A DNA stretch of 63,899 bases, counting the filler, from Chiloscyllium plagiosum (lineage: Eukaryota), in NCBI RefSeq assembly GCF_004010195.1. It is 4 parts of 2 records of this genome, joined end to end, with 100 filler letters (N's around TTAATTAATTAA, not from the genome) between each part and the next. Parts side by side here need not be neighbours in the genome. Positions count along the whole stretch, not along the records: positions 1 to 23,902 come from NC_057713.1; 3 more parts are not named here. One strand, given 5' to 3'. The notes beneath the pieces are model-generated. The model made no database searches and was not told the origin of the DNA. It saw only the letters and a program-made list of their open reading frames with translations. The position numbers and the translations under genes were made by a program. Below are positions 1 through 11,849 of the stretch, one piece after another. Numbering within the stretch: position 1 is the stretch's first letter; each line of letters starts with the position of its first letter.

Positions 1-273
1 TTTTTCCCCGGGTACAATAGAGTGTTACAAGGGGACATAAATTTACGGTGAAGGGTGGAAGGTATAGGGGAGATGTCAGGGGTGGGTTCTTTACCCAGAG
101 AGTGGTGGGGGCATGGAATGCGCTGCCTGTGGGAGTGGCGGAGTCAGAATCATTGGTGACCTTTAAGCGGCAATTGGATAGGTACATGGATGGGTGCTTA
201 AGCTAGGACAAATGTTCGACACAACATCGTGGGCCGAAGGGCCTGTTCTGTGCTATATTGTTCTATGTTCTAT
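1..273 (+). mobile_element. CR1/HER1-type LINE 3' end
   Basis: Encodes CR1 C-terminal motif (RGHKFTVKGGRYRGDVRGGFFTQRVVGAWNALP) and ends in a (GTTCTAT)n tail. Confidence 0.9.
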
Positions 274-1611
274 GAGTGTGAAGAATGTTTTAACAAGATC
301 ATGATACATAAATCCTATTGATTATACACTATTTAGATAATCAGAGCAATGGGTTCTCATCTCTCGCCATGGGGACTCCAGAACCTTTGCTCTCTAGCCA
401 AATTGAGGAAGGATTAACCAGTATCTCAAAAACTATACATTCACATGGATAGCAAAAGACTTCAGTCTCTGTCGCCACAAAGTAACTCTGCTTCACTGAA
501 GCATCAGAGACGATTTCTATCACCCTCAAAAACAGTCACGCTCAGTGGTGTGTTAGTTGCAGAGTCAGACACTCCCACGCGAGCGCTAATTTGTCTCTGA
601 TTCCATTCAATAGTATAATTATAGAGTTGAGTGGTATGGCACAAAGGTGGGACTCCAGTAGCAGTTGACAATCAATTGAAAAGCCAAGAATGACAGCTGC
701 AGATTGATGCTTTCACCCCAGCTGAGATGATGTGGTATCAAATTGAAGCTCTGAGCTCTCCTCTTCATTCATGCAAATTATCCCATTGTTGCTCAATTCT
801 GAAGATGACCGTGGGTTTTATAAAACCACAAACACACATGCAATTAACAGTGACGTCATTTCAAATTCTGGATTTTAAATGTTCAAATAAAAGTAGAAAA
901 TAGTATAGCAAATCTATTCTTTCTGCAATCTGTAATGGGCATTTTTCAACTATCTTGTGGGATATTTCACATGTATCCCAAATTCCAAAGTAAATGGAGT
1001 AAAGCTGCAGGATTTACATCATCTTTATCATTTATGTTGCTTCTAGATTGCAGTTGCAGGAGAACCTTTACGTTCCATTTCCTCATGTTCCCTGCAGCTG
1101 CAAAAGCGAGGTCCAGATGTCGTGTTGGCTGTCTCTTGTTGGGGTTAACGACATCATCACATAGCTGAAGATGAACTTGAAGTGAAAAGGAATGGATCAA
1201 ACTGTTGTAGTCCATATTGGAATGAATGATCTAGGTAGAAATAGGAATACTTTGCTGAGCTTGTTGAGTCCAAATTAAAAAGAATGTCAAGTGTGATAAT
1301 TCCTACATTGCTAACTGAACAACATACCAATTGGTATAAAGTCAGGTAGATTAAAAACAATAAATGTGTGGCTAACAGGGTGGTGTGGGAACATGGGATT
1401 TCAATTCACAAGGCAATGGCACCTGTACTCCGGCAAGACAGCACTGTGGTGTTGGCATGGATTTCTTAAAGTGAGCTAAAATGGCCTGGTGAAGCACATT
1501 ACTGAGGCTGCAGATAGGGATTTAAATTAATAAGGGTGGTGCTGTGTGAGCGGAGACTTGGAAATTAAAAAAAGATTATGACTATGGAACAGTCTGACAA
1601 CGTGATAAGGG

Positions 1612-1706
1612 TTGAGTGTGTGGTGCTGGAAAAGCACATCAGGTCAGGCAGCATCTGAGGAGCAGTAAAATCGATGTTTCAGGCAAAATCCCTTCATTAG
1701 GAATCA
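1612..1706 (-). mobile_element. Short Penelope-derived terminal-repeat element (family B) with degenerate hammerhead motif
   Basis: Homologous to 49960-50056 and 51108-51237. Confidence 0.7.
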
Positions 1707-2492
1707 GGATAAGCAGAGCTAGACAGGAAAGGCTGAAGCTGAAATGTTTGGTGGTAATGATGTCAGTCAGCAAAGTTCATGGTTGGAATAGCAAAAATTT
1801 TTAATAAAGGCTTAAATGATAAATCCAGAAATAAAATGGATGGACTGGTGTAAGAAATTTATTGATAATTTAGATCAAATCACCATTAGAGACATGGTCA
1901 CAATGTGACCAAGGTTGGCAAATAAATATTCTAGAGTACACGTTTAAAATAAAAAAGGTAGAATAAAACAGGAATAACACCAAAGATAATAGCGAGAAAA
2001 GATTTTAGTTTAGAAATCAGTATGTGATGTGTTTGGGAATAACAAGGGCCAGAAAAAACTGCTGCTGATGGCAGTAGTTTATAGGTCCTTGAATGTACTG
2101 ATGGACAGAGCAGTAAATACTGAAAATTGCAACAAATGGAATCTTGTGGGAGACTTCACCTTGATAGGGACTATACCAATCAAAACAACAAAAACGGTAT
2201 GGAAGATGAGCTTCTTCAAATGTTTCACGATAGCTTCCACGATGGCATCAACCAGGCAGGATTGTGTAATATGGATGTTAGTTAGAAATGATCACACAGC
2301 ATTGTTAAATCCCAAACTTGGAAGAGACATGAAACACAAATAATCTTAAACTTAAAAGTCTTTTACGTTGGTACAAAGAAAATTGGGTAAAAGATTTGCA
2401 GGTAAAAGTGAGACATTTAAATAAACTATTAAAATTGTCCAAAACTTTATTTCATTGAAGAACAAAGAACAAACCATCCACAATCAGTAACA

Positions 2493-2788
2493 TTAGAGAT
2501 CAGATTCCCTAGTGTGTGGGAACAGGCCCTTTGGCCCAACAAGTCCACACTGACCCTCCGAAGAGCAACCCACCCAAGACCCATTTACCCCTGACTAATG
2601 CACCTAACACTATGGGCAATTTAGCATGGCCAATTTACCTGACCTTTGGACTGTGGGAGGAAACTGCAGCACCTGGAGGAAACCCAGACACGGAGAATGC
2701 GCAAATTCCACAGACAGTTGCCAGAGGCTGGAATCAAAACTGGGTCCCTGGCACTGTGAGACAGCAGCATTAACCACTGAGCCACCCC
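2493..2788 (-). mobile_element. HE1-type V-SINE
   Basis: Reverse complement of the tRNA-derived head and V-domain seen at 10733-11049. Confidence 0.9.
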
Positions 2789-5700
2789 ATAGAATTATAT
2801 TAAATATAGGACTGAAGAGCAGTCAAATCAGACTTGGTGTCAGCTCCATGTTCCTGTCTGCTATCCCTGACCGTCTCTCCTTTATCTATTAGGATAGTCA
2901 ATGATCCAATTAAATTAACTTCCAACGTTGCAAAGAACAATAATAATTAGGAATGTTTTATGAACCAATGGGCCACCAAATAATTGATAAAATCCAGAAA
3001 AATGAGAATAAACCAGCCAGGTATATTTTTTAAAAAGTGCCTTTTGTAAGTTTATTAGAATAAATAAGCTAAATTGAATATTGGCCCTTTGAGTGAGGGA
3101 ACTATTCACAAGGAATCAAATGGCAGAAACATTCAACAGATACTTTGTGCCTATCTTCACAGTTGAAGACAAGTTATGTATCTGACAAAGGCTAATCAAG
3201 AACTAAATGTAAGAGGAAATTAAGGGAGCAAAGTATTGGAGAACTTGAAGGGCTAAAATCCCAACAAATGTCCAGAAACTGATGTCCTCTATCCTAGAGT
3301 TTTAAGAGATAGCTGTCAGGGCACTGGCTATGATTTTCCAAAATTCATTAGTTTCTAGAATGGTCTCAGTAGATTGAAACCTGGCCAAAGAAACACTGCT
3401 ATTCAGAGAAATGAAGAGACAAAGTCGGACTCTAGGCCAGTTAATCTGATATCAATTGTATGGAAAGAACAATGTGAAGAAGATATTATCAAGAAAATTT
3501 TTATAATGCAATGAAAAACTCAGAGCAGATCAGAGCCAACATGACTTTACAAAAAGGAAATTGGTTGAGCGACTTTGTAGCTTTTTAGAACATGCAATTA
3601 GTCAGATAATTAAAAGGGGAACCAGTAGATGTAGTATCACATAGACCATGTGGATGTTGACCTTTGAAACTTTGGGAAATCTTTAAAAATCAACCCCTGG
3701 ATTTGGAATCAACCTGTTCAGACATATTATAGACCTCTAGGAGATGAGATACTGGGATGTACTGGCCCAGAGGTAGGGCAGGACCACTGCATCACAAGAT
3801 TCCAAGGGATTGATTTATAAGCTTGGTTTAAAAATATGAACTGCCATTACTGATGTAAAGTACCATTTTGAAAAGTGAAAAAAGACCAGTAATTCAAATT
3901 AAATCAATGTCTCATTTCTGTTTAATGAAATAACTCCACCTTAGGTTGAAACACAATGAAATTGTCTTCTGCACAAAATTCTTCAAATTCTCCTGGATCA
4001 CTTTGGCTGGGACATCATTGGGATTGCACTCTGGATCAGATGGAGCACTTTCCATTTTATCATCTTATCACAACAACATTTCTTCCCATTGAACTGGATA
4101 TTCCTAATTCTTTGAAAGATCTGGATATTTGGTTGAATATATTAAAATTCTTGAATGTTTATCCATGTTGCCATATGTGACATATTGAGTATGCATGTTT
4201 TGCTGCTAACTGGCAAATCAATAGAAACCAGTAATGTTGTCTGTCTGAGTAATCTTGGTCTTCTGCCACAACATGAGATTTGTTTCATTCTGCACCAAGT
4301 GCCAATTGCTCTTAAAACTCAAATATCTACATATGCAATTCTGGTGACAATAAAACCATTTTGACAATTTCAAGGATCCATTTCAATACAAATTTCTCAA
4401 GTTCAGACTTGTCCCTGTTCTAATGGCTTTGGGCAATTTTTTCCAGATTCAATTCCTTCTTCCAGGTTTGCAATGGCTTTTCACGAACAACAAATTTCCT
4501 CAATATGGAAGTTAATAGATGAGTTTGCAAACATTACGATTATTGACTTGAAACCAGCTCAGTTCTTCATTCTTTTAGGAGGATGCCACTTAGTCAACAC
4601 GCATGGTCTGCTTCTTGATAGTGTATATTAAAATCTCATTCCATCTTCATTACAACCTGCATCATCTACTTGATCTATCAGCTAATGTACAAGGTGAGCA
4701 TTACCAAGTTTAGGCCAAAATGAGATCACCTTATGGGCCATGATCTATGATACTTGGATTTCCAAAAGGCATTTACAAATATGCCTCACACAAGATAGGG
4801 CTCATGGAATTGGGGTGCTGTAATCGTAGAGAGAGAAAATTGATCAATAATCAGGAAACAAAGGAAAAGTGATTTAAAAGGGTCTTTTCAAGTTAGCAGG
4901 CAGTGTCCTGTGAAGTTCTCCAATGGTCAGTGACCTCATTATCTATGTTTGATGATGATGTGAATGTTTAGTAGTTACAACTATCTACTAGGAGGTACAC
5001 TAAGATGCGATGTAGAGATTTGGATCAGTTAAGCAAGAGAGCAACAGGTGGCAGATGAAGAATACTGTGATGAAATGCAGGGTCGTTCGCTTTGGTCATG
5101 AGAAAAAATAAGCAGTTTTTAAAAAAATGGTATGACATTTGGAAGTACTGTTGTTCAAAGGGACTTGAGTACGCCAGCACAAGTAACACAAAAGTAGAAT
5201 ACAGCTGCAGCAACCAATTGGGAAGGTAAATGGATTCTGCTAGGAAACTACTGTGCAAATATGTCAAAATACATTTCAATAAATGAGTACTTTTCACAAC
5301 ACTCTACAGTATAACAATATACATTTTTTAACTAACAACGTAATTTTTACTCCAGTGTGCATACTGGTGAGTTGTCTTTGTAGCTGAAAGGGGAAAGGAT
5401 AGAATTTTAATTTGAGAGTGGGTGAGAGACGCTATTGGAGACAGGCAGATGGGTATAAATCATATGGGAGGCCACAGTGATGGAAGAAGGGCATGAGACG
5501 TGAGGGGTGAAGCTGGAGGAACATTTCATACTTTTGTTGGTTTTAGTTTTCTAAAACAATCCTGCCTTTCTGGACACACTGCCTCAGAAACTTGTATCCT
5601 CCTCCACTCTCCTCATGCTGCCCTAAATCAGAAACGGAAGATTTGGATGGGTTTGTGGAGCTATGGTCTCCCATGTCTTTGTGGAACTGATTCAGGAACA

Positions 5701-5832
5701 AAAATCAAGGTTCTACTTTTTAGGAGGAACATTTTCAGAACTCCCAAGTATTGGCAGGATAATAAAAATGAAAAGCATTCATAGCAACTGGAAAAGTTAA
5801 TATATTGAACTAAATAAACTCATTAAAGCAAG

Positions 5833-6651
5833 TTTTGAGACTATTTGTAGCTCAGGTTGAGGTTCTGGATGGTTCATTTCCAGACGTTTCGTCACCCTAC
5901 TAGGTAACATCTTCAGTGTGCCTCCAGGCGAGGCACTGCTGATAATTCCTGCTTTCCATTCATATGTTTCGGTTGATGTCATTTCCTGTGGTGAAGTCAC
6001 TTCCTGTTCTTTTTCTCAGGGGGTGGTAGATGGGGTCTAGCATGATGTGTTTGTTTATAGAGTTCCAGTTGGAATGCCATGCTTCTAGGAATTCTTGTGT
6101 GTCTCTCTGTTTGGCTTGTCGTAAGATGGATGTGTTGACCCAGGTGAAGTGGTGTCCTTCCTTATCCGTATGTGAGGATACTAGTGAGAGAGGGTCATGT
6201 CGTTTTGTGGCTAGTTGATGTTCATGTATCCTGGTGGCTAGTTTTCTGCCTGTTTGTCCAATGTAGTGTTTGTCAGAGTCCTTGCACGGTATTTTGTAAA
6301 TTATGTTAGTTTTGCACATTGTCTGTATAGGGTCTTTCAAGCTCATTAGCTGCTGTTTTAGTGTGTTGGTGGGTTTGTGGGCTACCATGATGCCAAGGGG
6401 TCTGAGTAGTCTGGCAGTCATTTCCGAGATGTCTTTGATGTAGGGGAGAGTGGTTAGGGCTCCTGGATGCATTTTGTCTGTTTGTTTGGGTTTGTTGCTA
6501 AGAAACCGGCAGACTGTGTTCAGTCAAACATTTAATAGAAAGCAGGAATTATCAGCAGTGTTTCGCCTGAGGCCCACTGAAAATGTTACCTACTAGGGTG
6601 ACGAAACATCTGGAAATGAACCTTCCAGCTCAGCGAACAAACCTACATCCA
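5833..6651 (-). mobile_element. Truncated Penelope-like element (Poseidon-type) with GIY-YIG endonuclease ORF and inverted terminal repeats
   Basis: ORF 5960-6472 contains IIYKIPCKDSDKHYIGQTGRKLATRIHEH and LEAWHS; about 5870-5960 is an inverted copy of about 6535-6625. Confidence 0.9.
5881..5918 (-). ncRNA. Minimal type I hammerhead ribozyme motif (Penelope-associated)
   Basis: Minus strand reads CA-CUGAAGA-U-GUUACC(UAGUAG)GGUGAC-GAAAC-GUC-UG. Confidence 0.7.
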
Positions 6652-6671
6652 TTAACTCATAATTGCTATAA

Positions 6672-8502
6672 TTTATTCTCCTTTGGACTTTGTATTCTAA
6701 TCACAACTGATTCTTTTTAAAAGCAGTTAAGCATTAGATATGATTAACAATGTGAAGTGACAAACTAACATCTCATGGTGTCATAATTTTTGATTACGAT
6801 AAACACACAAAGATGTGAATAAATGGTACTTGCTACCAAATTAATTTTCTACAGTTTAATGTATACTCAAATAACTCAGATTTAACAAGAAATGGTTAAC
6901 ATCTGAGGGTAAGGGACAAATTTCCAAAAGTGAAAATCTTAAACAACTTCACATTTCCATACAGAACAACTCCTTTTGAAAGCTGCAATACTGGATTTAT
7001 TATTCACTGACTGTAGAAAAAATTGTAACTCACATCACAAGAAATACTGCATTACAATTTCAAGGCTCCTCTTCAAGCAGGTTATTGTAGGTTTTGGAAA
7101 GTATTTGCTGGAAATCAGGCTACCGCTAACCAAATTTAAACTCACTGTCAGATATCAGCAGTAAAAGATAGCATTACAACACAATGGCAGTTGGGAATTC
7201 CCACCTCCCCTAAAACAGCCCTTGGCTTATCAATAGCCAACACCATGTTTGGTGCTTTGGGCTACACAACATTGCCTGAGTGAGAAAGGCAGTTTAATCT
7301 GATGGATATTGATTTTAGAAGACACCCAAACTATAGGCTGTACATTATATCAGCTTTTTTAACTGATGGAAACAGAACAGAATATAATGAAACCAGGATG
7401 CCTAATACTGAATTGGTTTAATAATAAAGCTAAATTTCATTGTATTTTTAAGTACATGTATTGTCCATTTGTAAACATTTACTTCACCAACAAAAACCAA
7501 AAAAAAACCTTTTTCAGAATACGGTATGTGTTTCTATTGCTACTAAGCAATGCAACTAGTGAATACCAATCAGAATTTGGTTTCTCTAGACTTTTGCTTG
7601 TTCTACAGTACATGTCACTGCATATCATGGGTCACTTTTATTAAAAGCATTGTTACTACAGTTGGCAGCAATTTACATCTTATCTTACATGATAGCAGTT
7701 TTCAAAATTGTTTAAAAAAACATCACAACAAAGAAAACATACATTTACAAAGTCATGTTTGTAAACTTCAATGCTAGTAGAACTGAGGTAATGCTGTTTA
7801 GCTTTGTGGCTAAAGTAACAAAGTCCTTTCTTTAGAGAAATGTACCTGAATTTTGTTTATAACAGTGCATTACAAGAAAAAAAAATCATGAGACAATGCA
7901 AATCAACTGTAGTTTAAGTCAGAAATTGTGGTCACCCTTTAGGTGTTTTATTGTCCAGATTTTTTTTTAAAAAAACATTCAACAGCTGCCAAGTTATTGC
8001 TGTGCCTCTGGGGTGAGACTTTCACACTATCGTGGGGATTGTCAGTGTGGACTCTATTTACAGTCAAATCTATAGGCATGATATGTTCTACAATGACTCT
8101 TGTCCATCTGTGCTCTTCACAGCAATGTTAAATATACATCTTCATTATTCCTTTAGAAGCAGAACTGCTTCGGTCACTAACAATCACATGCCATGATTGA
8201 AGTTTGCTGCCTATCTCAAATTTACTACTGGTGAAAAACGAAAAGCAGGGCATTTGTTTCAACTTCATTGCTTAAATTCAGACACAATTTTGTACTTGAT
8301 ATCGCTTCTATGATAATAAATAATGCACTGCATAATACTTATGACCAAGACATCTTTGACATCTGCATAACATGACTTGGAACTTTGCTACACTATGTTA
8401 CAGAGATAGCTTAAAAAACTATGTGTGGACATTTAATGAATATGTAAACAGTAGGACTACAACTTGAAGAGTTTTAAAACACTTAAGTAACTGGAAATGT
8501 AA
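6672..8502 (-). other. chd7: Probable chd7 3' UTR with candidate AATAAA signals (minus strand) near 6672-6677, 6996-7001, 7637-7642 and 7946-7952
   Basis: Repeat-free AT-rich stretch directly after the stop codon; true 3' end not determinable. Confidence 0.55.
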
Positions 8503-9414
8503 TTAATCCTCATCATCATCATCTCCCTCAACTGAGTCCAACCCTGTCGCCTGTGCCAACTCATCTTCCACAAGAGAAGAATCTGCTGCTTTACTTGGGC
8601 TTCCCATAGGATCACTGTCATCTGAATTGGCTTCGCCTTCAATAACACTGTTGTCCTCAGTTTTTCCATCTGTCTTATCCTCCTTATCATCATTTGAGCT
8701 TATTGTGCTCTGTAGTCCAGCCAGTGTATTATGAGAAAAACCAGACAAAGTCATGCCCAGACCAGGAGGAAGAAACATAGATGGGTAGAATAATCCAGGA
8801 GCCATAGTGGAAAGTAAGAATGGGTTGAAAGCAAGAGGGTTGTTGGATAGTCCAGTGTTTGAAGGAGCTGTGAAAGAACTGGAACTTGCATTATTAGAAT
8901 CAACTGCAGATTCAGCACTGTTTATTTCCTTATCTTCATTTTCCTTATCATTTTCTTTATCATTTTCTGTTTTAGAGGAAATGCCACTTTCTGTTTCGCT
9001 TGGACCCGATGTTGCTGAAGTACCAGGCGTAGCAGTCAAGGGGTTACTTAACAAGCTTCCCAGTCCAAACATATTGGGTAGCCCTGCCATGCCTGGAAGC
9101 ATCAGTGGTAGTAAGGAAGCAGGGTTTTTTGCATCTCCTCCTGTAGCTGTTGTAGCAAGACTTGACGGGAAGCCCATCAATCCAGCTAGCTGAAGATTCT
9201 GCAGGTTCTGTAAATTCTGCAGGCTTGCTAGATCCATACCAGCAAAGAGACTGTTCATCAGTAGTGGGTTTATTCCTGAGGCTGAAGCAGCAGCAGCAGC
9301 TGCAGCAGCTTTGGCAATCTCACTTTTAGGTCGCCTCCCTCTTCGACTTGCTCCTTCCTCTCGAACAACTGGGCCAGTGAGAACACGATCAAACATGGAC
9401 TCTGGTAGAAAACC
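8503..9414 (-). CDS. chd7: CHD7 last coding exon (human-equivalent exon 38)
   Basis: [42 protein letters not shown]...[16 protein letters not shown] matches the CHD7 C-terminus; acceptor tttcag; TAA at 8503-8505. Confidence 0.97.
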   Translation of the reverse strand, partial: GFLPESMFDRVLTGPVVREEGASRRGRRPKSEIAKAAAAAAAASASGINPLLMNSLFAGMDLASLQNLQNLQNLQLAGLMGFPSSLATTATGGDAKNPASLLPLMLPGMAGLPNMFGLGSLLSNPLTATPGTSATSGPSETESGISSKTENDKENDKENEDKEINSAESAVDSNNASSSSFTAPSNTGLSNNPLAFNPFLLSTMAPGLFYPSMFLPPGLGMTLSGFSHNTLAGLQSTISSNDDKEDKTDGKTEDNSVIEGEANSDDSDPMGSPSKAADSSLVEDELAQATGLDSVEGDDDDED

Positions 9415-9946
9415 CTGAAAAAACAACTTTTATGTAATTGCTATAATTCCTAAATTTCTCTAAACGTTCCCTTTTGAAACACAAGGAAGAACCAATGACC
9501 CGTCCTTTTTCAGCATTATTTAACAAATACTATAAACAGCAGGGACAAAAACACAAGTTCAAAAGTATTGTCACTACTCCAGGAAAGAGAATAGTCTCTC
9601 CCAGAATTTATGAATCATATAGTGGACTTGTACAGTTCAGTCTTACACAATCAATTTCATCTTTACATTGTGGTATGTATTGAAGAATAACATTTTAAGT
9701 TGACTTTCAGGCATTTCGAAGCAAATCAGTGTGTGCTATAGTTTAATTAAAAAAAAAGTAAAGTGCAGTTATTAGCTATAACCTGACACAAAGTTGACGA
9801 TCTACCAAATACATGATCTGTGCTGACTGAATACTGAAACAAACCTCAGTTTCCAAAGTCAAAAGACATTTTCTACAGCCTGAGTGAGTGAGTGTATTTA
9901 TTTTGTTTCGTTAATACAAACATAAGACTGGAATAGCTCCACTTAC

Positions 9947-10051
9947 AGACTGCTTGACAACATCAGCCCAGTCAGGTGCAACAGCAAACTCAGGATTTTC
10001 TTCAAGCCACCTTGGTAGATCCTTCATTGGTGGGGCCATGGCACCACCCAT
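9947..10051 (-). CDS. chd7: CHD7 exon (human-equivalent 37), second half of BRK domain 2
   Basis: Manual translation [35 protein letters not shown]; 105 bp; ag/gtaagt; absent from the ORF track. Confidence 0.97.
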
Positions 10052-10732
10052 CTAAACAAATTCAGGGAGACAAAAGATTAATACTTTGGGTAGCGTATTC
10101 CTTTCTATTACACGGACTTTTAGATTTAGGAGAGTTGAATACAAGTTATTTACATAGCGTCATTTACTGAAAGATATTTCCCTTTGACAAGTTTACCAAG
10201 AAAATTCAGCATTTCCAAATCATCGCAAACAAAATTACCTTCCAGTGGCTATTAATGAGGGTGTGAATACAAGTTGCCATGCTCCTAAACTAGCAATCAC
10301 CTCTATATAGACAATAAAGAAATTAAACTGTTGATTATTTAAGTAATAGTAACAAGGAAAAATATACACAATCATTTTCAACAGGTCTATCATTTGGATT
10401 ATCATAATGCAGCAAGCAATCCCCTCTAAAAAAACTGTTATAGAAACTGATGTTTTATCACCAGGTTTTCAGTTTCAAAGACTACAAAACAATTTTATAA
10501 ACTTAGTTATATGTAAGACAATTCACAAAATTTACATGTGCACCCTGAAAATACAAAGCACTTTGCTTAATACTTTTAAGACCCATGATGTTACATGTGT
10601 ATATATGTTTTCCTTCACAACGTTAAGTCAAGTGTATGGCTAAGCCAACTAAATCAGAAATCTTAAAAGTTACAATGAAATATCTGTGGAAATGCACACA
10701 AGGGAATAAACTACTTTTCATTACAAGTTGGT

Positions 10733-11049
10733 GGGCGGCGCAGTGGCAAGCACTGCTGCCTCACAGCGCCTGAGACCCGGGTTCAATTCCCGCCTCAAGC
10801 GACTGACTGTGTGGAGTTTGCACGTTCTCCCCATGTCTGCGTGGGTTTCCTCCGGGTGCTCCGGTTTCCTCCCACAGTCCAAAGATGTGCAGGTCAGGTG
10901 AATTGGCCATGCTAAATTGCCCGTAGTGTTAGGTAAGGAGTAAATGTAGGGGAATGGGTCTGGGTGGGTTGCGCTTCAGCATGGACTTGTTGGGCCGAAG
11001 GACCTGTTTCCACACTGTAATGTAATCTAATCTAATCTAATGTAATCTA
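10733..11049 (+). mobile_element. HE1-type V-SINE, near full length
   Basis: tRNA-like head (GGGCGGCGCAGTGG...GGTTCAATTCC), V-domain GTGTGGAGTTTGCACGTTCTCCCC, (AATCT)n tail. Confidence 0.93.
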
Positions 11050-11175
11050 AAAAAAGTTCGAATAAAATATCCATTAAATCATTGTAGAGTATGAGAAAAT
11101 CAAATGGCAGGTTTACCATCCCATGATAAATGTAACACTGTTGTGGTTCTGTTTGTCAAGCTGGAAATTTTTGTT

Positions 11176-11215
11176 GCAAACGTTTCGTCCCCTGTCTAGG
11201 TGACATCCTCAGTGC
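11176..11215 (-). ncRNA. Minimal hammerhead ribozyme motif, chd7 sense strand
   Basis: GCA-CUGAGGA-U-GUCACCU(AGAC)AGGGGAC-GAAAC-GUU-UGC. Confidence 0.7.
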
Positions 11216-11424
11216 TTGGGAGCCTCCTGTGAAGCGCTTCTGTGGTGTTTCCTCCGGCATTTATAGTGGCCTGTCCCTGCCACTTCCGGTTGTCAGTTTC
11301 AGCTGTCCACTGTAGTGGCCGGTATATTGGGTCCAGGTCAATGTTGACAACTGGAAGCGGCAGGGACAGGCCACTATAAATGCCGGAGGAAACACCACAG
11401 AAGCGCTTCACAGGAGGCTCCCAA

Positions 11425-11464
11425 GCACTGAGGATGTCACCTAGACAGGGGATGAAACGTTTGC
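11425..11464 (+). ncRNA. Minimal hammerhead ribozyme motif (mirror copy)
   Basis: GCA-CUGAGGA-U-GUCACCU(AGAC)AGGGGAU-GAAAC-GUU-UGC; stem II closing pair is G-U. Confidence 0.6.
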
Positions 11465-11849
11465 AATAAAAATTTCCAGCTCAGCGAACAGAACCACAAC
11501 AACGAGCACCCGAGCTACAAATCTTCACCCAAACTTTGAATGTAAGACTGCATTTACAATTTATTCAATGTGCCTTTAACTTACTGATCTGAAGGTATTT
11601 TACATGTACACCTGCTAAAAGAATTGACAAATTAAATGATGAAAAATTAAGTATACCTCATCAATTTGGTCAATAAACAGGGGCTTTGGCTCAGAAGTTA
11701 CATATTCCAGTGCTAGTTCAGAACGTGAGCATCAGTGTAGTAATTAGAGTGTTTTCATTATCATAAGTTCTGTACTTTGGATGTATCACTAATCTAATTG
11801 ATTATTTGATTATCCTGGTGCTTATAAAAAACATTTATCAGTGCTATTC

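Larger units (their letters stand above)
1130..5240 (+). mobile_element. Ancient fragmented CR1 LINE (ORF1 esterase, endonuclease and RT remnants) interrupted by younger inserts
   Basis: VVVHIGMNDLGR near 1204 resembles the CR1 ORF1 SGNH esterase motif; VYRS/VGDF endonuclease remnants at 2070-2160; RT-like remnants at 3250-3640 and 4750-5240. Confidence 0.6.
11141..11538. mobile_element. Fold-back mini Penelope-like element with two hammerhead motifs
   Basis: Arms about 11139-11295 and 11345-11501 are near-perfect inverted repeats; spacer encodes IDLDPIYRPL (Penelope ORF C-terminus); flanked by AATGTAACACTG / AATGTAAGACTG. Confidence 0.88.

Noticed and set aside
3950..4740. Possible decayed coding sequence on the minus strand
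   Set aside because: Many stops and no recognisable domain
8807..9193. 128-aa plus-strand ORF
   Set aside because: Antisense shadow of the chd7 last exon; no independent coding signal
10733..10800. tRNA-like A/B boxes here and in about ten other places
   Set aside because: SINE heads continuing into the V-domain, not tRNA genes
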